DNA from: Candidatus Odinarchaeota archaeon
Lineage (GTDB): Archaea; Asgardarchaeota; Odinarchaeia; Odinarchaeales; Odinarchaeaceae
Assembly (NCBI GenBank): GCA_038826135.1
Contig: JAWBON010000032.1
Coordinates: forward strand, 1 to 13,530
Length of the DNA: 13,530 nt
Reading direction: 5' to 3'
Each line of letters begins with the position of its first letter. The first letter of the stretch is position 1. Position numbers and translations under genes: made by a program. The notes under the pieces were generated by a model that was not told the DNA's origin, made no database searches, and saw only the letters and a program-made list of their open reading frames with translations. Shown piece after piece: positions 6,950-13,530 of this stretch.

Positions 6950-8584
6950 ATGCTAAAACACGCTCATATAATAGCGGTTTTGGTTGGTATAATTGTTCTC
7001 ACTCCGTCAATTACAATCGTGAGTGTTAGCAATATTAACACTCCCTGTACAACAATGCAGGTTTTAACAGATGATGGTGTGCCTGTGGTCTTCGATGTTA
7101 TAAAGAAGCCTGCAGCTTCTAGTAACGCGCCTGTGGCTGTTCTAATACACGGCTTCTCAGGTAATAGGAAAATGATGAAGATGATAGGGCTTGCTTTAGC
7201 TGATAAAGGTGTGGTATCTGTTCTGGTGGATTTAAGAGGGCATGGGGATAGTGGAGGCTTTATGAGTTATGTTAACAGTTTCGACGCTGATATTCAAGCT
7301 GTACTAGGTGAGTTAGCTAGTAAATCTTTAGGTAATATAAGCCGGCTTGTTTTTATAGGTCACAGTATGGGTGGAAGTGTGGCTGTAAATATGAGTAAAA
7401 TCCTTCAACCTTTAGCTACTGTTGGAATCGCTCCTGCTATCTCACCTTCATCTGTTAATATTACTGACCCTGAAAATCTTCTATTGATAATATCTGAAGG
7501 GGACACTGTGATTGATAACCAGGCTGTTATTAACGCATTCTATGAATCGATTAACGGAACAGGTGAGCCTAATATTATATATTATGCAGGCGGTTCTGAA
7601 AAAAAGCTTTTCACAGATGATTATTCAGATCATCTTAGTGTACTTTACAGGCCTCCTGTTATAGATGAAATCGTTAAATGGGTTACAAGAATTGTTTTAG
7701 GGGTGGAAGAGTCTTCTTCAATTAACAGTGATCTTATCGGTGCATGTGTGTTCTCAGCTGTTATAGGTGGTTTAATGATCTTATTACCGTTCGGTCATAA
7801 AATATTGCAATATTTTAGGAAGCGGAATGGTACGCCTCTAGTTACTGTAGATATACGACCCCGTAAAGCGTTTATATACTCTGTAATAGGTTTTATAGCG
7901 GCAAGTGTGGGTGGGGCTGGGTTAACTGTTTTGTTATCTTTACCGTTTTTTATAGTAAGCCCGCTGCTTTTCACAAACTTTGTCACCGCGCTGTTTTTAG
8001 GGAATTCTATCGCAATAGGGGTTTTAGGAGGGGTTCAGCTTAGGAGAAAGATAGGTAAATCTTTTTTTAAAAGATTTTTTAACCTTATGTTAACTCGTAA
8101 TCTAATTTATAATTTGATAGCAGGGTTTATTTTAGGAGTGTTATTAATCATACTATTCTATACCACTATCGGCAGTAATACCACATCTACTCTGTCAACA
8201 TCACCTGTTAGACTAGCATTTTTAATGTTGTATTTGCCTGTATACTTGTTGGTTTTCCTATTATATGAGTTATTTTTCCGTGGTTTAATTAGACATGAGC
8301 TGGGTTCGGGAGTATTGTCAGCTATAACTAGCTGTATTATTCAGATAACGGTTATGCTTTCTTCGCTTCTAATTCAAATATTAATTGCAACAGTGATTCT
8401 GCAACAGAATGTTTCTTTCATACTACTGGGTCTTCCCTTCATAATCCTTCTTGTATCTGTTTCCACAATTATCAGCGCTGTTTTCTATGAGGCCTCTAAT
8501 GGTTGGCTGACTCAAATACTCTCGAATGCTCTGCTACTATCCTCGATAGCTATAGCTTTATCGAATATAATCTACATATTCTAA
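6950..8584 (+). CDS. Membrane-anchored alpha/beta hydrolase with a polytopic C-terminal membrane domain
   Basis: N-terminal hydrophobic helix, oxyanion LIHGFSG, DLRGHGDS, nucleophile elbow GHSMGG (Ser codon 7364-7366), candidate Asp (EGDTVID) and His (SDHLSVL), then about 7-8 hydrophobic segments. Confidence 0.85.
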   Translation: MLKHAHIIAVLVGIIVLTPSITIVSVSNINTPCTTMQVLTDDGVPVVFDVIKKPAASSNAPVAVLIHGFSGNRKMMKMIGLALADKGVVSVLVDLRGHGDSGGFMSYVNSFDADIQAVLGELASKSLGNISRLVFIGHSMGGSVAVNMSKILQPLATVGIAPAISPSSVNITDPENLLLIISEGDTVIDNQAVINAFYESINGTGEPNIIYYAGGSEKKLFTDDYSDHLSVLYRPPVIDEIVKWVTRIVLGVEESSSINSDLIGACVFSAVIGGLMILLPFGHKILQYFRKRNGTPLVTVDIRPRKAFIYSVIGFIAASVGGAGLTVLLSLPFFIVSPLLFTNFVTALFLGNSIAIGVLGGVQLRRKIGKSFFKRFFNLMLTRNLIYNLIAGFILGVLLIILFYTTIGSNTTSTLSTSPVRLAFLMLYLPVYLLVFLLYELFFRGLIRHELGSGVLSAITSCIIQITVMLSSLLIQILIATVILQQNVSFILLGLPFIILLVSVSTIISAVFYEASNGWLTQILSNALLLSSIAIALSNIIYIF

Positions 8585-9576
8585 ATGTAATTGTTTTCCA
8601 TATACCAGTTAATCGTTTCTTTTAACCCGCTTCGCAAATCATATTTTGGCCGATAACCTAGTTCACGCTTAGCTTTTTCAATGCTATACGCTCTGTTACA
8701 ACAAACCGAGTCTGCTGTGCTAACATGATATAAGAAATTATCTCTTCCAAGCAGCTTGTTTACCCCCTGTATTGGAGCGATCATAAGCTTGGCTAGATTT
8801 TTTGAAATATGTTTACAAGGAGGTTTTCTATTTGTAAGTTCAGCTAATATTTTATAAACTTCATTATAGGTGTACGCTTTATCTTCACTGATAATATAAG
8901 TTTGGTTTCTCGACTTATCGCTTTTTTCTAAAGCTAAAGTAAAACCTTCTACAACATCTTTCACATGAACAAACTGAACAAGGTTTTCACCACTACCCAC
9001 GATGAATCTTGTCCCAAGAGAATTTTTAGCGAAACATGTAATAGTCCAGTAGGAGACGTCGTTAACATTCCTGGGGCCGTATATTCCAGACGGTCTTATT
9101 ATCGTGTATTCTAAGCCTTTTAAACCGTATTTTTTAACTATCTCCTCAGCTTTTAACTTAGATTTACCGTACTCGTATACAGGGTTAGGTTCAGTGTCTT
9201 CATCCGCGGGTGGATTTGGCACAGGCCCAATAACCTCGGTTGTACTACAGTAAATCAGCCGTTTAACCTTGTTTTTTAAAGCCGCTTCCGCTAAGTGCTC
9301 GGTGCCCTCGACATTGATTTTTTGATAGAGTTTTTTACTTCCGTGAAAAGTATAGTAGGCTGCTAGATGAATCACTACATCAACTCCTTGAACAACGCTT
9401 TTAATAGTTTCAGGTTTAGAAAGATCAGCGTATCTTAACTCGGAGACTAAGTTTTCAATCAATTCTATGTTGCTGTTCTCTCTTACCATACCTATAATCT
9501 GGTATCCTTTGCTAGCTAAATGCTCTATTAAATGGCTTCCTAAAAATCCTGACGCACCGGTTATGAGGATCTTCAT
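8581..9576 (-). CDS. Extended SDR, NAD(P)-dependent epimerase/dehydrogenase (3-beta-HSD/OleD-like branch)
   Basis: ILITGASGFLG, VIHLAA, INVEGT, YCST, catalytic YGKSK, IRPSGIYGP, FVHVKDV, KAKRELGYRP. RBS AGGTG at 9585-9589. Confidence 0.9.
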   Translation of the reverse strand: MKILITGASGFLGSHLIEHLASKGYQIIGMVRENSNIELIENLVSELRYADLSKPETIKSVVQGVDVVIHLAAYYTFHGSKKLYQKINVEGTEHLAEAALKNKVKRLIYCSTTEVIGPVPNPPADEDTEPNPVYEYGKSKLKAEEIVKKYGLKGLEYTIIRPSGIYGPRNVNDVSYWTITCFAKNSLGTRFIVGSGENLVQFVHVKDVVEGFTLALEKSDKSRNQTYIISEDKAYTYNEVYKILAELTNRKPPCKHISKNLAKLMIAPIQGVNKLLGRDNFLYHVSTADSVCCNRAYSIEKAKRELGYRPKYDLRSGLKETINWYMENNYI

Positions 9577-9597
9577 ATCTAGAACACCTTTAAAAGA

Positions 9598-11058
9598 CTA
9601 AAATATTTCATATGGGTGTTTACAATCTCTCCTATATACCGTGTATGTGAACATTGATGGTATAGCAGCACCATCATATGGTTCTAAAGCGCTTCTCATA
9701 TACATGTCCCCTAAGTTTGTAACTCTGAATATACCTGTGTTCGCTATGTCTTCCATTATTTTCTCTCTATTAGCGTTAGATAAAGCTAACCCTATTGATT
9801 GAACCTTGTCAACACCTTTAAAAGCAGTGTTAAAGGGGACCTGCTCTATGTGTTTAAGCGCTTCCTGTAATCTTTCCACAACTATTATTTCAATGAATCT
9901 TTTACGATTGTATATGTTGAATTCTGGAAGACTATCCGTTAACTCGTTTAAAACACTTTTCTCCTTAGAAATCACTATTGTCCACGGATTATCCTGGTTA
10001 CTTGATGATAATACTTTGACGCCTTTAAATTGAAGTGTTCTTCTAGCGCTTTGGAGAAGATAAAGGCTATCGCCTTTATTTTTCATTTTAAATTCACCGC
10101 CGATAATGTCTAAGAATTTCGCTACACGCTCAGCGAACAACGAAGCCTCCTCAGCTTTACCTATAAACACTGCTTGAGTGGGGGAGCTGCAGAGCTGTTG
10201 ATCGTAGATTATTATGTTTAAAGCCAGCTCTTTAGCTGCTGTTTCAGCTGAAGCCGCGTCTATAATAGCTAAGCCTGTTAAAGGACCGTTAACGACAAGT
10301 TTAGGGTGATGCGGGTTTTCAGCTATAAGTTTAGCTATAACGGTTCTAGCTGGTTCCCCACCCCAGAAGTTCACCAAACCTAAGTGAGCTTTAGTTAACA
10401 AATATTTTAGGGTTGGGCTGTCATGTGTAAAATAACTTATTACTATTGATGAGAGAATTCTCTCCGCCAGCTCGTTTTGTTCAGCAAGCTCCTTCAAGTT
10501 TTTATAAACTTCGATGATTCCAAGATAATTTGAAAGTGAGGGCTTAAGTATAGTTAAATTTCCTGTTATAAGTGAGAGTGTTGTTGGTATAAGGGGTGGT
10601 ATCAGAGAGTTACCGGAGCTTATTATAAAAACAGGTCCTGCCGGCATATACTTGAAATACTCTTTTTCAGATATTTGAATGAATTTATAAAGGCCTTCAA
10701 TGCCATTACTGAAAGACGCTTCCAAGTTTCGTCTAATATTCTCCTCGCTTAACATATATGATACTAGATTAAACTCTAATTCGATTAGACGTTCACTGTA
10801 ACCTGTAGACTCGGATAAAGTTTTCTTTAAATTCTCTAGCCTTCCACTCTTTAGCTTCTCTTGCCATAGCAAGCCCAGTTTATTAAATATCATAATTCGG
10901 TCTTCTATAGGGGTCTTAGATAAGCTTAACTGAATTAACTTAGATTCTTTTAGAGTCTCCTCTAAAAACTTCTCACCGAGTTCGAATACGTCAATTCCCC
11001 CGATTGTTTTTTGAACAACATCATTTGTGGGTTTAAACGTCATTGGTTTTATATCCAT
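9598..11058 (-). CDS. LuxC-family acyl-CoA/acyl-protein reductase (ALDH-like fold)
   Basis: PAGPVFIISSGNSLIPP, GNLTILKPS, VNFWGGEPA, NGPLTG, and YDQQLCSSP, which matches the LuxC active-site YDQQAC.S motif (Cys codon 10189-10191). RBS GAGGT at 11065-11069. Confidence 0.85.
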   Translation of the reverse strand: MDIKPMTFKPTNDVVQKTIGGIDVFELGEKFLEETLKESKLIQLSLSKTPIEDRIMIFNKLGLLWQEKLKSGRLENLKKTLSESTGYSERLIELEFNLVSYMLSEENIRRNLEASFSNGIEGLYKFIQISEKEYFKYMPAGPVFIISSGNSLIPPLIPTTLSLITGNLTILKPSLSNYLGIIEVYKNLKELAEQNELAERILSSIVISYFTHDSPTLKYLLTKAHLGLVNFWGGEPARTVIAKLIAENPHHPKLVVNGPLTGLAIIDAASAETAAKELALNIIIYDQQLCSSPTQAVFIGKAEEASLFAERVAKFLDIIGGEFKMKNKGDSLYLLQSARRTLQFKGVKVLSSSNQDNPWTIVISKEKSVLNELTDSLPEFNIYNRKRFIEIIVVERLQEALKHIEQVPFNTAFKGVDKVQSIGLALSNANREKIMEDIANTGIFRVTNLGDMYMRSALEPYDGAAIPSMFTYTVYRRDCKHPYEIF

Positions 11059-11068
11059 TTTTAAACCT

Positions 11069-12334
11069 CTACTTCCTGCTCATCATTTCCTCTAATGTTC
11101 CACCACAGGCTCTTTGAAGATCCCATCCCTCTTGAGGTGTAAATCTTCTCACATATGTATATTCTTTACCGTAGAATCTATCAGAACTATGAGCTTTCAT
11201 AAAATCGCCTGGATAGAATAGTTCAAGCCATGAGGTTGTGAACGGGTTGAATATCCCAAGCACACCTTCCTTGCCCTCGTCTTCTTCTATTAACTCGAAT
11301 GTTTTAGGGTCTAGTAGAAAAACATGTGATAGGGGGTATGGTACTTTATCCATAACACCGAAGCGGTCGATTAAAGCGGTTAAGGTCTCCGTCATTCCTA
11401 AAACATCCATAAAAGGCGCTGGCTGTTCTTCCCCATGTTTACTCTTAGCTTTAAAATATTTTCTTGATAAACTGACTATTTTATCATATGAGGGTAGATC
11501 CGTGAATCCTTTAGTCCCTCCCCCTGTTACAACTAAACCTCCTTTTCCAAGATTAACAGGCGGGGCTGTAGTGACTAACCGGTACATTAATTTTTTCAAG
11601 AAATTCATTTTATCAAATTTATCAGCCATAAGGTAGACGCCGGCTGGTGCTGTGAAAAACAGTTTAGGCTCTTCCTTGCTTTTAAGGAATTTGACAACGT
11701 TTTCTTTATTTAATTCAAGTCTCTGCCAATCCGTAGTACCGTCTTTGTTTCTAACCAGATTCATACCATATAATAATGGGATTTTTTTATTATCTAGTGT
11801 TAGATCAACGAATGCCACGAAGTTTAGTTTATGTCTTAATTCTGGAGCTGCCATGAATAAGGCTATTCCTTTATTCTGCTCTAAAACATCGCCGTAAACA
11901 TATTCAAATAAGTCTGTGTTAGCTTTAATCATTATAGCTAGGTCAATTGGACTCCTGTATATTTTAACAGGGGTTTTACCGGTGGTTCCGCTTGATGTAA
12001 AATACTCTCCTCCGGGTTCCGCGTCTTTTATTAAGAATTGTTTATGCCCTTCTCCTCTGAGCATATCCGCTGGTACAGCGAGCTTCGCTAAATCCTGGAA
12101 ATCCGCGTTTTTAGGGTTAACATCTAATTTTTCAAAAGTCTCTTTATAATAATCGCTTCTACGAGAGAAGAAATCTAACGCCTCTCTTAAGAGGTTTTTC
12201 CTAAGTTTTTTAAGATAGTCCGCTGATTTATTAAATAAATCATTGCTGTTTACAAGACCCCATATTTTCTGAACGTAAGGATCTTTTAATAATTTACTCT
12301 TTAAAGCGGATTCAAGTATTTGTTTCGAATTCAT
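11069..12334 (-). CDS. LuxE-family acyl-protein synthetase (LuxE/PaaK branch of the ANL superfamily)
   Basis: P-loop YFTSSGTTG, VTGGGTKG (cf. GGGWK), LGMTE (cf. YGMTE), YPGD, and C-terminal QRACGGT matching the LuxE acylated-Cys RGC motif (Cys codon 11105-11107). Directly upstream of the luxC-like gene, with RBS GGTG. Confidence 0.8.
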   Translation of the reverse strand: MNSKQILESALKSKLLKDPYVQKIWGLVNSNDLFNKSADYLKKLRKNLLREALDFFSRRSDYYKETFEKLDVNPKNADFQDLAKLAVPADMLRGEGHKQFLIKDAEPGGEYFTSSGTTGKTPVKIYRSPIDLAIMIKANTDLFEYVYGDVLEQNKGIALFMAAPELRHKLNFVAFVDLTLDNKKIPLLYGMNLVRNKDGTTDWQRLELNKENVVKFLKSKEEPKLFFTAPAGVYLMADKFDKMNFLKKLMYRLVTTAPPVNLGKGGLVVTGGGTKGFTDLPSYDKIVSLSRKYFKAKSKHGEEQPAPFMDVLGMTETLTALIDRFGVMDKVPYPLSHVFLLDPKTFELIEEDEGKEGVLGIFNPFTTSWLELFYPGDFMKAHSSDRFYGKEYTYVRRFTPQEGWDLQRACGGTLEEMMSRK

Positions 12335-12433
12335 TTTTCAACACCATTTTTAATTAAATTAGTTCTGCCTTTTTATTTTAATTCTATGGATAGATTTATT
12401 TATTTTTTGTTTTTCTAATATCGGGGTGATATA
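12335..12433. promoter_or_regulatory. Divergent promoter region between the luxE-like gene and the aminotransferase
   Basis: 99 bp, extremely AT-rich, with an RBS at each end (GGGGTGAT 12423-12430 on +; GGTG on - before 12334). No individual TATA box could be assigned confidently. Confidence 0.45.
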
Positions 12434-13528
12434 ATGTGGGAGGAAGCGGATATTCCTATTTCCCCAGTGTCTATAAGTGACATGATAAGAGTGGTTGAAA
12501 ACCGTGATAAGATAAAAGTTACGCGGTTCGATGTCGCGGAGCCGTATTTCAACCCTCCTGAAAACGCTGTAAAAGCCACATGTAAAGCTGTTAAAGAGGG
12601 TTACAATAGATACTCGCCGACTAAAGGCATCCCTGAATTAAGAGAGGGATTATCCTGTTTTCTTAAAGAGAGCAGAGGGGTCGTGTACTCTCCTGAGGAA
12701 ATAATTGTCACACCCGGATCTAAGTTTGCATCTTACTGTGTTTTCGCTTCTCTTTTAAAACCGGGTGATGAAGTTATATTGCTAACTCCCTTTTGGAGCA
12801 GTTTCAAAGCTATTCCTACACTGCTCGGTGTGAGAAATATTAAAGAGGTGTTAACTGACCCGCCTTATAGACTTAATAGAAAACGCTTCCAGGAGCAGGT
12901 TACAGATAAGACTAAACTGGTTGTTTTAAACACGCCTAATAATCCCACAGGTGGAATACTAGATAAATCAGATCTTGAATTTATTGTAGACTTAGCTTTA
13001 GAGAAAAACTTCTATATTTTATCAGATGAAGTTGACTGGGCTTACACTTATGATGGTAATGTTCATTATAGTCCTGCAGCTATTAAAAGCGGGTTTGAAA
13101 GAACGATTATCATAGACAGTTTCTCCAAAGTGTTTTGTATGACTGGTTGGAGAGTCGGTTTCGCAGCTGGGCCTCGGAGTGTAATTGATAAGATGAATAT
13201 AATTCAACAGCATACTGTGACAGCTCCCGTGACTTTTGCGCAGAAAGCTTGTTTTGAAATTCTAGCCGACTATAAAAAATATGTTAAAAACCTGGTTTCC
13301 TCAGCCTTAAATAAGAGGAACATGATTGTAGACGGGTTAAGGAAGATTAACAGATTAAAATATCATGTTCCAGCTGGAGCGTTTTATCTTTTCCCACGTG
13401 ACTTAGAATGCGTTAACTCGGAGACGCTGTCAATTGAGCTTTTAAATAAGGCGCACGTAGCCGTCACACCAGGAGCAATCTTCGGAAAAGGATCTGAATA
13501 CAATTTTAGAATCTGTTATGCTATCCCG
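12434..13528 (+). CDS. Class I/II PLP-dependent aminotransferase (AspC-like), 3'-truncated by the window; absent from the ORF track
   Basis: Manual translation from ATG12434: MWEEADIPISP..AEPYFNPP..YSPTKGIPELRE..IIVTPGSK..LKPGDEVILLTPFW..LNTPNNPTG..ILSDEVDW..DSFSKVFCMTGWRVGF (Lys codon 13127-13129)..PAGAFYLF..VAVTPGAIFG..FRICYA. No stop before the window end. Confidence 0.92.
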   Translation, partial: MWEEADIPISPVSISDMIRVVENRDKIKVTRFDVAEPYFNPPENAVKATCKAVKEGYNRYSPTKGIPELREGLSCFLKESRGVVYSPEEIIVTPGSKFASYCVFASLLKPGDEVILLTPFWSSFKAIPTLLGVRNIKEVLTDPPYRLNRKRFQEQVTDKTKLVVLNTPNNPTGGILDKSDLEFIVDLALEKNFYILSDEVDWAYTYDGNVHYSPAAIKSGFERTIIIDSFSKVFCMTGWRVGFAAGPRSVIDKMNIIQQHTVTAPVTFAQKACFEILADYKKYVKNLVSSALNKRNMIVDGLRKINRLKYHVPAGAFYLFPRDLECVNSETLSIELLNKAHVAVTPGAIFGKGSEYNFRICYAIP

Positions 13529-13530
13529 GA

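Noticed and set aside
8581-12334. Bioluminescence operon
   Set aside because: No luciferase (luxA/B), luxD or luxG is in the window; luxCE-like pairs also occur in non-luminous organisms. Luciferase genes elsewhere in the genome cannot be excluded.
13025-13036. DEVD caspase-3-like cleavage motif
   Set aside because: It is the PLP-binding DExY position with a substitution; the match to the caspase site is coincidental.
7795-13213. Short opposite-strand ORFs 7795-7986, 9806-10033, 11238-11636, 11652-11897, 11916-12149 and 13022-13213
   Set aside because: All lie fully antisense to strong genes and have shadow-ORF composition.

Overview
AT-rich, gene-dense archaeal window with GGTG/GAGGT-type ribosome-binding sites, overlapping genes and archaeal protein families. 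It opens with the 3' part of a divergent archaeal EF-2 paralog (aEF-2p-like; this points to an Asgard or Korarchaeota-type host, by inference) and a coupled pair of 4-TM DMT/EamA-type proteins. A roughly 10 kb block of acyl-thioester enzymes follows: fused ADP-forming acyl-CoA synthetase, a Pta-N/DRTGG protein, class II HMG-CoA reductase, a membrane alpha/beta hydrolase, and a minus-strand operon of LuxE-like acyl-protein synthetase, LuxC-like acyl reductase and an extended SDR. The window ends in a truncated class I/II PLP enzyme that the ORF track missed. The most interesting candidate system is the luxE-luxC-SDR operon, with catalytic motifs intact but no luxAB or luxD in the window. No RNA genes, CRISPR arrays or mobile elements were recognised. 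All assignments come from motif recognition by eye; no searches were run.
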